From Octopus vulgaris (lineage: Eukaryota): a stretch of 64,000 nucleotides of DNA. Below are positions 14,399-27,516 of this stretch, piece after piece. The notes beneath the pieces are model-generated. The model was not told the origin of the DNA and did no database searches. It was given only the letters and a program-made list of their open reading frames with translations. A program made the translations under genes and the position numbers. The stretch covers positions 1,488,001 to 1,552,000 of the forward strand of contig OX597820.1 in assembly GCA_951406725.2 (NCBI GenBank). The letters run 5' to 3'. Numbering within the stretch: position 1 is the first letter of the stretch; the number at the start of each line of letters is the position of its first letter.

Positions 14399-14746
14399 CT
14401 TTGACCTGCCACTGCGTATTAGCCTTTGATGGCTGACTTCACACCTGAGTCATCAAACTCCCCCGGGGTCTTTTAGACTTAAATATCCTTTCCCTTCCTG
14501 ACAAACGGACAACCCGCAACACACGGTGTTTGTCCTTGTCTGTATAATTTATTTCAAAGATCTGATTTAATATTTGTATGAAGCGAAAAAAGATTGAAAT
14601 ACAAAGCGCCATCTTGTTTGTGAGTAAACCTGTACAACGCAAACAGAAAGCCGACGAAAACCTGCTGCCATCTTCCTCACCAACCAATAACTTCTTAATA
14701 AATATCTCACACAGCTTAACGTTGTGTTATATTGTGTGTAACAGGT
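14399..14746 (-). other. Candidate non-coding (5'UTR or lncRNA) exon
   Basis: Acceptor TTTCTCTTTCATCTTTGTTTTCAG and consensus donor AAG|GTGAGT bracket 348 bp of unique sequence; no through-reading frame found. Confidence 0.4.
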
Positions 14747-15062
14747 CTGAAAACAAAGATGAAAGAGAAATAATAATAAAAAAATGCCGTAGTAAAAGTT
14801 TATGGACTCTGAAGTATTTTGGGTTTAAATTCTGGAAAGATGCACGGATATTTTCGTTGTAGTCTTCTAGACGTTATCGCTAGACTGCTTGGTTGTTTTT
14901 ATTCAGCCAAAGGTGAGCAACAGTCATGCAGACTCATGATCAAACGTTTTCCAGCCACAAATACGCGGGCTTTTATTTAAAAGTGTAGCTAAAGGTTACA
15001 TTAGCCCTTGTGTTTTATTTTTTTTCTTCAAGATCCTAGAGTATATATACGTATATATCTTT

Positions 15063-15700
15063 CATCTTTTACTTGTGTCAATCATTAGACTGCGGCCATG
15101 CTGGGACACCGCCTTGAAGAATTTTTTTTTATCGAATGAATCGACACAAGTACCGTTTTTTAAAAAATAACTTGGTACTTATTCTATCGATCACTTTTGC
15201 CGAACCGCTAATTGGCGGGGGCGTAACCAAACCAACACCGACTGTCAAGCGTTAGTAGAGTTCAAGCACAGACACAAAAACATAGAGACACATAATATAA
15301 ATATATAGATACATATACATAGGACGGGATTCTTCCAGTTTCCGTCGACCAAATCCACTCCCAAGGCTTTTTTTTCGACCCAGGCTACAGTAATTGGCTA
15401 TCGATAAAAAGAAAATACTTAACGAAGTTTCTTAACAGCTGTCCACACAGGGAGATCTTTCAGAAACACAGGTAAGTTGTTGTTGCTTTCTGAATCATAA
15501 AATAAAGGTGAATCAACAAGAGTACTGGCCTCCCCCACCCATCCTATTCACCGAGAAAAAAAAAGAGCGAAAGCTTTTTTATCGTGTTTATGAAATGTCT
15601 ATCCTGAAAGAAGTATCAGTTTAGGAAATCCCTTCTCTCGTCTCTACTCTGATACCCGGAACTATGTGGTTGGGAGGCCAACGTCTTCCCATACAGCCAT
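15063..15700 (-). mobile_element. SINE family S1 interrupted by a 256 bp inverted templated insertion
   Basis: S1 homology at 15063-15390 and 15651-15700. Confidence 0.8.
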
Positions 15701-16445
15701 TCGATGAAATGTACTTTTTGCTCAATAACTCTACGCACCACCTCGTCCGAGAGTCGAAACCATGATACTGACTCGGGAATGTAATACCCCTAACCACAAG
15801 GCCATGAGCCGTTGCTTATATATTTGTAATTAAATGCATTTAAAAATTGGACAAGTCCGAAAGCCATTATATCATAAAGACTTTACGATCTTAACCGTCG
15901 ATTATCAGTTTCCAGTGAGAATGAACCGTGTAGAAGGATAAATTCGGAGGCAGAATATATGAAGAGGTATTTACCGCACAATGCTACTTTGCTATGATTA
16001 GCAAGCTTGTATTTGTATCCCGATTCGTATCTATATCCTCTATCACCCATCCTTGAAATAATTCTCTGTACACGCCATTAGCTAAGGAAAGTGCAACTCC
16101 TTGGAAATTTAGCAAACTTGGCGAAAGGTTATCTATAACGTTGTACGGGGCAGTCCTGGCTGGCTTAGAAGAACCACGGTCTTGGCTCCGAATATCAAAT
16201 TTCCACTTACATTCTTTATGAACTTCATCTATATTAATGGACAATAATATCTATGTACAACAGCAACATATATATATATAATATATATATATACATACAT
16301 TCATACATACACACACGTGCGCGCGCGTGTGTGTGTGTATGTGTGTTTAAATAGCCTTAAGAATCACATACAGCAAAATCTCTGAACAGCAGAGGAATGA
16401 CTCACCAGTTTTACAGCTACATATACAAATATACATATATACATG

Positions 16446-16512
<67 letters not shown>

Positions 16513-17261
16513 ATACATATACATACATATATACATTTATCTACATATATATATATATACCTATATATATACATATGTATATACAGACACATATATAATA
16601 TACATATGTATATATGTATATATGTATATATGCATATAACTATATATACACACACACAAATACAATACATGTGTGCGCGTACGCGGTTGAGTGTCTACGT
16701 GTGAGTGTGTCTATAGAAATATACACACGTATGTATGTATACGCATATTTACCCACAGGCACATATAAACGTATGTGTATATATGTGTGCGTATGAGTGC
16801 TGGCATCTTTGTGTGTGTGTGTGTGTGTATACACGTATACATACATATCGGCATAGATTCACTGAAACCGTTTTCTAAAGCAGAAATATAAATTAAAAAT
16901 ATTGCAAGAGGCGTTTAAAACCTCGACCTTTGTCAGTTTCTCATCGTCGGTTTCTGTTACAAACACACGATACATTCCTTTCCATAAATAAATACACACA
17001 AGTAAGAAGAGTAGATACGAGAGAAGGGATTTCGTAAACTGATACTTCTTTCAGGATAGATATTTCATAAACACGATAAAAAAGCTTTCGCTCTTTTTTT
17101 TTTCTCGGTGAATAGGATGGGTGGGGGAGGCCAGTACTCTTGTTGATTCACCTTTATTTTATGATTCAGAAAGCAACAACTTACCTGAGTGTTTGAAAGA
17201 TCTCCCTGTGTGGACAGCTGTTAAGAAACTTCGTTAAGTATTTTCTTTTTATCGATAGCCA
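15395..17261. repeat. Long inverted duplication 15395-15650 / 17008-17261
   Basis: ~255 bp arms, highly similar in reverse complement. Confidence 0.9.
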
Positions 17262-17361
17262 TTTTTTTTACTTATTTGCAAAAGGAATTGGAAAGCAAAA
17301 AGGTAATAAAAAAAATAATAGTAAAACAAAAACATGTCGAACGCGTGTACTTTTACCTTGT

Positions 17362-17401
17362 ATTTCAATATTTCGGGGTTAAGACCTCGTCTTCAGGAAA
17401 T
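17362..17401 (-). ncRNA. Minimal hammerhead-like motif
   Basis: Minus strand ATTTC-CTGAAGA-C GAGG TCTTAA CCCC-GAAA-TA-TT-GAAAT; palindromic AATATT helix III. Confidence 0.5.
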
Positions 17402-18355
17402 TTTCAGAGAAATGATGTTATGAGCTGACTTCTCTGTTCTGTAGAGTTTATGTGTAAAATATTGAAATACAAACCATCAACTAGTATTATTTCTTATAAC
17501 TTGAATTTCTTTGGCTGTATATAAAAAATAATAAAGCAAAAAATTAAATGCTTTTGACAAAAAATTCTTTCACAGAAGGAAATGGTCACCCAATTCCTTA
17601 CCCTTTTCTTTCGCTTTGATGTAGCTAGTGATAGCTATTCCGAAAGTTCATTGATTAGTTATTACACTCGTGAGACGAGTGTAATAGTTCATTTAACTAA
17701 TCTTTTAGTAAATATAGCTGTCGATAATAGTAAATTACATTTCGATGTCCTCATAACTTTTTCTTTCTCTTTCTCCCCTCAGTAATTCTACCTGTCTCCT
17801 GTCCAGCAGCCAGTTAGGTAACCCAATTAGGAAAACTAGGATTTCAAAATGCCAATTCACCACTCTTAGAACAATTAATTTTCTTCCACAGTCACTTCAT
17901 ATTTATTCTTACTGCATATTACCTTAACGCTAGAAATCGCGTCGGTGACCAGGTCGTAGATGACGCGGCGAATATTTTGACACTAACTCATTAACGTAGT
18001 CCTAGATAGATCAAGGTTTAATATAAGGGTAATTTGGTTGTTATTTCTTGCAGTACGAACAATTATGTAAAGGTTCATTGTGGTAGCCGTAGCGAACTGT
18101 CAGAGTCATTGGGGTGCCTAGCAGTATTTATTCCGGTTTTTGCGCTCTGAGTTCAAATCCCACCGAAGTGAATCCTGCCTGTCGACCTTTCGGGGTCAAT
18201 AAATAAAATACCAGTTAAGGCAGTCTTTTGTTTAAATAGGATAAAGGTCCTACCTGTGTCATACAGACTCCATAGGGTCAGTTTCCTGGTTTCTCTGGCG
18301 TATATAATCCACCACCACCACCACCCCCCCGGACGAGACTCTGCTCTGTCGCAGC

Positions 18356-18567
18356 TTGTATTGTTGGGTATGATGGAAAGGAGGTCAGGTGTCCTCAGCC
18401 AGCAGACTAAGGTGACACTTGTTTTACTGGTCAGGCTTCATGAAAACTGCGAAGAATTCTTGCAGTTCCAAGTAATGCTGGTTTTTGTAGGTGTTCTACC
18501 TTCACACTTGCACCCATCTTTTCCAGCCATGTTGGTAGTTGAGTGCTGATACTTCCAAGTGCGCCAA
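18356..18567 (-). mobile_element. Dong/R4-like LINE 3' fragment (family C)
   Basis: GALG...LQKPALLGTARILR C-terminus typical of RLE-type R4/Dong ORFs; 5' junction in (TAA)n. Confidence 0.8.
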
Positions 18568-18627
18568 TTATAATTATTATTATCATCATCATCGTCATTA
18601 TTATTATTATTATTATTATCATCATCA

Positions 18628-18659
<32 letters not shown>

Positions 18660-18662
<3 letters not shown>

Positions 18663-18870
18663 TAGTTTTATTTTTATAGCGTGCTTTCACTTCACTACCG
18701 AGCGCAGCTCTGTGTGCCTTGGGTATGTGCTGTGATTTGTTGTGATGCTCTGATGGTTATTGTATGGAAAGTATTCTGCGTAGGGTGTCTGCAGTGCCTA
18801 GTAGTGCAATTTTCTGTATGTTATATGTGTTTGTAAGTCCTGGTGTTTTTGTTATGTATTTGTCTGAATA

Positions 18871-18878
<8 letters not shown>
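18660..18878 (-). mobile_element. Dong/R4-like LINE 3' fragment (family B)
   Basis: Near-identical to 27514-27737; flanked by (TAA)n on both sides. Confidence 0.85.
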
Positions 18879-18931
<53 letters not shown>

Positions 18932-18964
18932 CATCATCATCATCATCATCATCATCATTATTAT

Positions 18965-19020
<56 letters not shown>

Positions 19021-19045
19021 TATTATCATTATTATCATTATTATT

Positions 19046-20491
19046 CTATGTTTGACTTTTGGTTTATGTCTGTACAAGTTGGCTCCAAGTATCACCCAGA
19101 GACCTCAAGAGACAACAGGTTGGAGGTTCTGTGCCATATATTGGGGTTTTTTTTTTTGGTGTTGTACTAGTGAATGTCTAATACATAAAAATAAAATTTA
19201 AAAAAATAAAAATTTAAAAAAATAAAAAAAATAAATAAAAATTTTAAAAAGTTTGTTTTAAACCTTGGGATTACATAGAGAGTATTTTGCGTAGTATATG
19301 AGCAGTTCCCATGAGCACTATCTTTTGAATTTCTGCCATTTGGGGGTTTCCTGGTATCTGAGTTAGGTAGCAATCAGTCCCTTTCGCTATCATTCCCAGG
19401 GCACCTATGACAACAGGTATTGTTTTAGTCTTCAGCTTCCACATTTTGCTGATTTCTATTTCAAGATCTTTCTATTTGCTCAGTTTTTGGTAGGTCTTGA
19501 CAGATACGCTTATATCGATTGGGACAGTCATATCAATGAGGAGGCATGTTCTTTGTCTGAAGTCTTTCAATATGATGTCTGGCCTATTTGCATCTATCTT
19601 CCTGTCAGTTTGAATGGTGAAGTTCCAGAGGAGTGAGATGTGGTCATTTTCAAGGACTGGAGGTGGATTGTGTTCCCACCAGTTTTTTTCATGGGGCAAA
19701 TCCAGGTTTTTGCAAATTACCCAGTGAATATATTGTGCAGCTCTATCATGCCTATTGAGGTACTCTGTAGGCGCTAGAAGACTGCATTTGGAGACAACAT
19801 GATCAATGGTTTCATTTTGTTGTCGGCATACACGACATGTTGGGCTACTGCCGTTCTTTAATATGTTGGCCTGGTAGTTTCTTGTTGGTAGGCATTGATC
19901 TTGAGCTGCTATGATAAACCCCTCTGTTTCAGATTTTAAGCCAGAGGCCATTAGCCATTGATGGGTCAGGGCTTTGTCGATATCTGCATTATTCGCTCTC
20001 TTTGGGTATTTGCCATAAAGAGGTTTTTCTTGCCATTTATTATTCAGAATATCTAAAGCCGCAGTTTTGGCACGGGTTTTCATGCGCCTAGCTTTTTCTG
20101 TGCTTGTTTCTTGTATATCTATCTCTAATTCCGAAGTTGGTTGTATTCGGAATTCACTTAGATATTCCTTTGCCTGTTTTGTGACTGAGTATGATGCTTT
20201 CTTGTTTTCATGTTTTGAGACAAGTTTTAACATCCAGTCCTCAGAGTTTTTCAGGTAGGTGTCTAGGCCAATTGTAGCAATCTTCATTGTTATTGCCAGT
20301 TGCAAAAGACCACGGCCTCCCTCTTTTCTTGGCAGATAGAGTCGTTCTGTATCTGCCTTAGGGTGGTGCATTCTATGCATTGTCAACAGTTTCCTTATTT
20401 TTCTGTCGAGCTGACATATTTCAGTAATTGACCAGTTAACAATATTGAAACTGTAAGTCACGACTGGTATGGCTAATGCATTGATCGCTTC
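19046..20491 (-). mobile_element. 5'-truncated Dong/R4-like LINE (family A): RT thumb, CCHC and restriction-like endonuclease
   Basis: RLYLPRKEGGRGL, CRVC..ETIDHVVSKC, RHD and RPDII motifs; one in-frame TAG at 19472-19474, then the frame continues to GTAHILRKILSM* ending at 19271; (TAA)n at both ends. Confidence 0.92.
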
Positions 20492-20492
20492 G

Positions 20493-20547
<55 letters not shown>

Positions 20548-20548
20548 T

Positions 20549-20946
20549 AGGCGGCGAGCTGACAGAAACGTTAGCGGTATTTCTCTGCCGTTACGTTCTG
20601 AATTCAAATTCCGCCGAGGTCAACTTTGCCTATCACCCTTTCGGGGTCGATTAAATAAGTACCAGTTACGCACTGGGGTCGATATAATCGACTTAATCCG
20701 TGTGTCTGTCCTTGTTTGTCCTCTCTGTGGGTAGTAAAGAAATAGGTATTTCACCCGTCGCTACGTTCTGAGTTCAAATTCCACGGAGGTCAGCTTTGCC
20801 TTTCATCCTTTCGGGGTCGATTAAATAAGTACCAGTTACGCACTGGGGTCGATATAATCGACTTAATCCGTGTGTCTGTCCTTGTTTGTCCTCTCTGTGG
20901 GTAGTAAAGAAATACGACTGGTATGGCTAATGCATTGATCGCTTCG

Positions 20947-20998
<52 letters not shown>

Positions 20999-21700
20999 TA
21001 GGCGGCGAGCTGACAGAAACGTTAGCGGTATTTCTCTGCCGTTACGTTCTGAATTCAAATTCCGCCGAGGTCAACTTTGCCTATCACCCTTTCGGGGTCG
21101 ATTAAATAAGTACCAGTTACGCACTGGGGTCGATATAATCGACTTAATCCGTGTGTCTGTCCTTGTTTGTCCTCTCTGTGGGTAGTAAAGAAATAGGTAT
21201 TTCACCCGTCGCTACGTTCTGAGTTCAAATTCCACGGAGGTCAGCTTTGCCTTTCATCCTTTCGGGTCGATTAAATAAGTACCAGTTACGCACTGGGGTC
21301 GATATAATCGACTTAATCCGTGTGTCTGTCCTTGTTTGTCCTCTCTGTGGGTAGTAAAGAAATAGGTATTTCACCCGTCGCTACGTTCTGAGTTCAAATT
21401 CCACGGAGGTCAGCTTTGCCTTTCATCCTTTCGGGGTCGATTAAATAAGTACCAGTTACGCACTGAGGTCGATATAATCGACTTAATCCGTGTGTCTGTC
21501 CTTGTTTGTCCTCTCTGTGGGTAGTAAAGAAATAGGTATTTCACCCGTCGCTACGTTCTGAGTTCAAATTCCACGGAGGTCAACTTTGCCTTTCATCATT
21601 TCGGGATCGATAAATTAAGTACCAGTTGAGTACTGATGTCGATGTAATTGACTCACCCCCTCCCTATAAAATCCAGGCCGAGTGCCTATAGTAGAGAGGA
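20549..21700 (+). repeat. Tandem array of S2 SINE units (~170 bp) with a ~454 bp higher-order duplication
   Basis: Units start at about 20549, 20745, 21001, 21196, 21365 and 21535; 20461-20914 is duplicated as 20915-21364. Confidence 0.9.
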
Positions 21701-21701
21701 T

Positions 21702-21786
<85 letters not shown>

Positions 21787-21791
21787 ATATA

Positions 21792-22010
21792 AGGTGGCGA
21801 GTTGACGGAATCGTTAGCGCGCTGGACGAAATACTTATCGGTATTTCACCCGTCGCTACGTTCTGAGTTCAAATTCCACCGAGGCCGACTTTGCCTTTTA
21901 TCCTTTCGGGGTGGATAAAATAAGTACCTGTTGAGTACTGGGATCGGTGTAATCGACTAGTCCTCTGCCTCCCCAAAAATTGCTGCCCTTGTGGCAAAAT
22001 TTGAAACCAA
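21792..22010 (+). mobile_element. SINE family S2
   Basis: Head GGTGGCGAGTTGACGGAATCGTTAGC and the conserved central domain. Confidence 0.85.
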
Positions 22011-22720
22011 GATGCATGAAACTTACAACTTCTGGTAGAAGTAACGAATGTATTTTAAAAAATCATTGGGAAGCGCCAATTTTGAAAAATGTACTTTGGT
22101 GGGAGCAGCCACTCTCTTTGTTCCCCTATTAACTACCCACAGGGCTCACTTATTTAAAGCTATGCGGACTGAGTCTTCAAGAGATGAGTTACTTACACAG
22201 AAGACCTGAATATTTAACCAAGAAACAGGATACAGGCCAACAATGGTCTTACTTAATATGCTGTTGTCTTTTGACTGAGATGTTGTTTTCCGAGAAATAT
22301 GATTATTTCACGGAAAACAATAAGAAACGTAACGGTTAAACAATCCTTTTGTATTAAGCTGTAAGCAGAAAACGTCTAAATAAAGTAGAAGAATAAACTG
22401 AAGTCGAACCTTAAAAGGTGATCTTCAATGAAATGTTCTTAGCTGTTTGTTGTTACAATGTCAAATTTTTTTTTGTATATAAGGTGGCGAGTTGACGCCA
22501 AGCATAAAGAAATGTAGATGAGAAGATTCGAGAGAAATCTCACAGTAATATAAAAACATTATCTAGGTTATATAAATGACGCGTTGGATTAATGACATTG
22601 CATTGTATGGACTACGAGAGGATATTTTTGTACATGTCTCTATCTCTACATGTGCATTGGTGGACGCATGCGTGTGTGTGTTACGGTATGCTATTCTGTT
22701 TCTGCTCTCTCTTCCCCACT

Positions 22721-22795
<75 letters not shown>

Positions 22796-22881
22796 ATATA
22801 TGCGTCAATAATACTTTAATTGTTCCACGTCCTGCGTTGCTGTGTTTTTTTCTCTTTTTTTCTGTTTTCTTGTTTGGATTA

Positions 22882-22933
<52 letters not shown>

Positions 22934-22936
<3 letters not shown>

Positions 22937-23145
22937 GGTATCCCAGAGGTCGCGCACCATTCTGGTTTTCGTTAAAAAATAATTAAAGCATTTTATTTCA
23001 TTATGTTTTTTCTGCATGTTTTATTGTAGAGGGCGCTCAATTTGAGCATTTGTTACGATTAATTTCAATAAGGTGTTTTTGAAATTAATAAGGGTGTATT
23101 CTTTTAAAAAAAGCCAGGGTGGTTCGCGACTTCTGGGACACCCTG
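22934..23145. mobile_element. Tc1/mariner-type MITE in (TA)n
   Basis: TA-CAGGGTATCCCAGAGGTCGCG / CGCGACTTCTGGGACACCCTG-TA. Confidence 0.9.
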
Positions 23146-23263
23146 TATATATATATATATATATCACTCCCTCTCTCACCCTTTATCTCTCTCTTTCTCT
23201 TTAGGTATACGCACGCACACTCACACTCTCACACACTCACACACACACTCACACACACACACA

Positions 23264-23303
<40 letters not shown>

Positions 23304-23317
23304 AATGTGTGTGTGTG

Positions 23318-23489
23318 TATGACGGGCTTCTTTCAGTTTCGGTCAACTAGATATACTGACAAGGCTTCGGTCGACCCGGGGCTATAGCAGAAGACACTTG
23401 CTCAAGGTGCGTCACGTAGTGGGACTGAACCTGGAACAATGCTGTTCAGAAGCAAACTTTTTACCACACAACCACCTTTGCGACTGTGT

Positions 23490-23542
<53 letters not shown>

Positions 23543-23680
23543 ATAGGCTTCTGAACAGATCCCGCCAGCCAGATTCGCTCACAAGGCATTGATCGGCTCG
23601 GGACTGTAGTAGAATACACTTGTCCAAGGTACCACGCAGTGGGACTGAACCTGGAACCCTAGGGTTGCATACCGAAATTC
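23318..23680 (-). mobile_element. Two S1 SINE 5' halves
   Basis: Reverse complement of the S1 head twice (GTGGGACTGAACCTGGAAC). Confidence 0.75.
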
Positions 23681-23814
23681 TTATCTACCCCCTTAACTAA
23701 GATAACAAAACTCTGTGGCTGGAATTTACGTAACGACAGGGGGTCTCCTATATCTTCATGTTGATCTTGGAAAAAGTTTGCCTAGTTTCACTCTTGTCCA
23801 AGTCGAGCCACCAC

Positions 23815-24112
23815 TTTCCTACATTGACGGGTCACATCTTCCGGTTCTACGAACTTGGGAACTTAGAATATTGCAGGTAATAATTGCAAGACAGATTCTT
23901 CAAGCTGAGCCAATCGTCAGGAGACCAAAGAGTAGACCAAGAACGAAATGGTTGGATAATATCCATAGTCTCCTTTGGTCGCGCTTATGAGTTCAATCGG
24001 AAAATGTAATGATGGTTGCTTCTGATACGACCCTATGGAAGAGGAGGGGCCTGATGACTCTCCCTACATGACCCTCCCAGGAACAGTGGACCGAGAATGT
24101 GGGTGGATGAAT
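23815..24112 (+). mobile_element. Decayed RTE-like LINE 3' fragment
   Basis: GHI.R...IARQILQA...RRPKSRPRTKWLDNI motif. Confidence 0.65.
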
Positions 24113-24680
24113 ACTTACAGACTGAATTTTTCGAAATATAAGTTAGATGGTCTCTATCTTTATGTGAAGGCCCTAGCTTTCCCAAACTACTACACTACTC
24201 AAGACAGAGCTCTAGCATGGCCGTGCTCTAATAACTGAAACAAGTAAAAGAAAAAGGTTTTAAAAATCACTTAGTAACATAACCAAATGCAACAAAAGTT
24301 ATGGGTTCAAAGACAAGTGCATTCCTATGGATGTTTTTTCTTTGTGCATTATTTAAGTTCTTCATAAGTTCTTCTTAAGAGATTTCAAGACGATCGCTAA
24401 CAAAGCGACAAAACGTTTTGGATTCAGAGAGTTTCCATTGTTTGTAAATATGTGGTCGGGTTAATGTGTTGGTTGAGCTTTCGATGCACAAACCCAAGTG
24501 CCGCGAATAGACTGAATTTGAAGAATCCGCGTCAGTTTTATTTTGCTCTGTACGTACACATTATGTATGTATGTACGTACGTACGTACGTATGTATGTGT
24601 GTATGTACATACACAAGTATATATGTACGCACGTATGTATGTCTGTATGTATGTATGTATGTATGTATGTATGTATGTAT

Positions 24681-25232
24681 GTCAGGTCACTTTCGAGTGC
24701 TACTGGTAATATGTAACCCAGTACAACCTGTTGCATGGTCGGGTCGTTGGCGACTAAACCGGCCACCCCACCAAGCTTGCTTGGTGAGGAGGGTGTTTAT
24801 TGGACACCCTGCGGGATGAAAACCGAAACCCGTCAAAGGGCGGAAGAACTCTTGTGAGTCAACGGCCATCCAATAAATGTCTTAAGGCTGTATCATGCGC
24901 GGGGACATAGAAATAATCGGACTGAATACCCGATCGCGCGGTTATACCATTGGGAGTGAAGGACTCCTAGTCTTTGTTAGGGTATCCTTCTAGGAGAAGG
25001 TAACTCAGGAAACTGGGATAACTCCGACATAAAACCTGCGGCTCAGTGGTTACCGATGATGTTGACTTGTTCTTCTTTTCGGATTATGGCTGCTGTTGCT
25101 TAGTGAGTGGGATTGACTCAGTGCACAACCTTTCCTCACTTTAAAAAAATCTTCTTGCACAGGCATTGCACGATAGCAACATTGATTAAGCTTCGTGCAA
25201 TGGCCATACTCGATAACGAGGAGGCAGCCACC
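24681..25232 (+). mobile_element. Non-autonomous ~550 bp RTE-related retroelement, copy 2
   Basis: Near-identical to the reverse complement of 4207-4754; flanked by (ATGT)n on both sides. Confidence 0.75.
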
Positions 25233-25478
25233 ATGCATGCATGTATGTATGTATGTATGTATGTATGTATGTATGTATGTATGTATGTATGCTATTTGGT
25301 TTATTTCTAGATTTCTTGCCAAGAGAGAAAGAGTCGGTTTTTAACCCAGACTACTTCATTGGAACTTCAAGAATATCAATAGGGCAGATGTGTATCTGTG
25401 TGTCAATATTTGGAAGTGTTTTGAGTCGGATTGCACGTGCAGATCTCTATTTTTGTTTTCTGTATACACAAACATATA

Positions 25479-25600
25479 CAGTAGAACCTCGGTTTACGAA
25501 CAACTCTGATCACGAATAAATGGTGCTTTATATATATATATATATTTATAAAACACGATTTATTCAAGATCAGAGTTGTTCGAAAACCGAGCTACTACTG
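25479..25600. mobile_element. Tigger/pogo-like hairpin MITE (122 bp)
   Basis: TA-CAGTAGAACCTCGGTTTACGAACAACTCTGATC / GATCAGAGTTGTTCGAAAACCGAGCTACTACTG-TA. Confidence 0.85.
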
Positions 25601-25837
25601 TAGCTGCATTATCTACACATATGCATATGTACTTAAGCGCTAAACATTTCTAAAGTTTTACATATTCTGACTGTTCCTTGTAATCTTCTAATTGTAATCT
25701 TTCACTTTTCTAGTTTCGAGAACTTTAATTTCTCAAGATTTGTGCTGAGGTAGTTGATTCATATCCTTGTGCCCTAATAACTACGGGTATAAATCTGAAC
25801 TAGAAATCCGGGTGGATTAGATGTAAATTTCTTTATG

Positions 25838-26220
25838 AGTGGCTGTGTGGTAGGTAGCTTGCTTACCAACCATATGGTTCCGGGTTCATTCTCAATGCGA
25901 GTGTCTTCTATTATAGCCTCGGGCCGACCAAAGATTTGTGAGTGGATTTGGTAGACGAAAACTGAAAGAAGCCCGTCGTATATATGTAAATATTTATACA
26001 TATGTATGTGTGTGTATATGTTTGTGTGTCTGTGTTTGTACCCCAACATCGCTTGACAACCGATGGTGGTGTGTTTACGTTCCCGTAACTTAGCGGTTCG
26101 GCAAAAGCGACCGATAGAATAAGTACTAGGCTTACAAAGAATAAGTCCTGGGGTCGATTTGCTCGACTAAAGGCGGTGTTCCAGCATGGCCGCAGTCAAA
26201 TGACTGAAACAAGTAAAAGA
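25838..26220 (+). mobile_element. SINE family S1
   Basis: Head and tail match 50079-50512. Confidence 0.9.
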
Positions 26221-26406
26221 GTATGTATGTATGCATGTATGTATGTATGTATGTATGTGAAAAAAAATTCCTAAGTTATGGGAACCTTTTGGAAAATTAC
26301 AATCTTCATTACGATGCGAAGGATATTTTACAAAAATATGGTTTTAGAACGCAATTTGTGGCCTGAAACACAAACATTATATATTCATATGTAATGCTCA
26401 AACTTT

Positions 26407-26766
26407 TTACTTCCGCCTTCGCTAAGGCGGAGGTATTGTTTTCAGTCGTGTTTGTTTGTCCGTGGACAAGATATCTCAAGAACCGCTCGATGGATTCGAA
26501 TGAAACTTTCAGAGATGTTTGGCCTCGTGCCTGGCACGAACTGATTAGATTCTGGGATCGATCCGGTACTGGACAAGGATTCTTGATTTTTTTTTCCTGT
26601 TTTTTACTTAATTTTGAGAGCGGTCGGGTTCATTTTTAGTATTCTCGTTTGTGAGAGCAGTCGAGTTTATTTCAGATATTCTCATTTAAAAATCATCTCC
26701 GGCTAATCGTTGAGAGGACGTCAGTGTTGCCTTGGCGGAGGTTTGCGCTCTCTGAGTGCTCTTGTT
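26407..26766 (+). mobile_element. Helentron-associated non-autonomous element (HINE-like)
   Basis: 5' TTACTTCCGCCTTCGCTAAGGCGGAGG, GTTT microsatellite, 3' sub-terminal GGCGGAGG followed by hairpin GCGCTCTCTGAGTGC and TT end. Confidence 0.75.
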
Positions 26767-26769
26767 ACT

Positions 26770-27194
26770 ATTATTTCATTTATACTCAACAGACAAGACT
26801 GTTGGAAGAGAAAAATTCCTAACATCTGGCTACAACAAGTAACCTTAAATGCCAAGAACCCTGTTAAGTATCTTAGTTATCCCTAATAATACTGTTTTCT
26901 GGAGCTCTACTAAACTGGGTTCTATGCCGATTTTCTCCAGATCTTTAGGGATAGTTCTCAATGCATCTATATCTACTGAGATACATTTTACCTGCACTTT
27001 CCATAGTCTTTGTAACTTAATGGCTAGGTCCTGGTTCCTTGTTATACTTTCTATATATCTCACATTGACTTTCACATCATTTGGGACAATAAAATCAATT
27101 ATCTGGCACTTGCTACTTTCTTTATCTACTACAATTAAATCAGGCCTTCTTGCTTCTATTAATCTGCCAGTCTGAAAGTTGAAGTCCCACAACG
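26770..27194 (-). mobile_element. Dong/R4-like LINE 3' fragment (family D)
   Basis: WDFNFQT..IEARRPDLIVVDK..IID RLE motif; 5' junction in (TAA)n. Confidence 0.85.
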
Positions 27195-27223
27195 TATTAT
27201 CATTATCATTATCATTATTATTA

Positions 27224-27260
<37 letters not shown>

Positions 27261-27271
27261 CATTATTATTA

Positions 27272-27332
<61 letters not shown>

Positions 27333-27340
27333 CATTATTA

Positions 27341-27392
<52 letters not shown>

Positions 27393-27424
27393 TATTATCA
27401 TTATTATTATTATTATTATTATTA

Positions 27425-27513
<89 letters not shown>

Positions 27514-27516
<3 letters not shown>

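Noticed and set aside
20549-21700. Regularly spaced repeats resembling a CRISPR array
   Set aside because: The units are full ~170 bp SINE copies with no unique spacers, in a eukaryotic context with no cas genes
22474-22498. 25 bp copy of 21784-21808 (TGTATATAAGGTGGCGAGTTGACG)
   Set aside because: A real local match but too short to interpret; probably a small templated repair insertion
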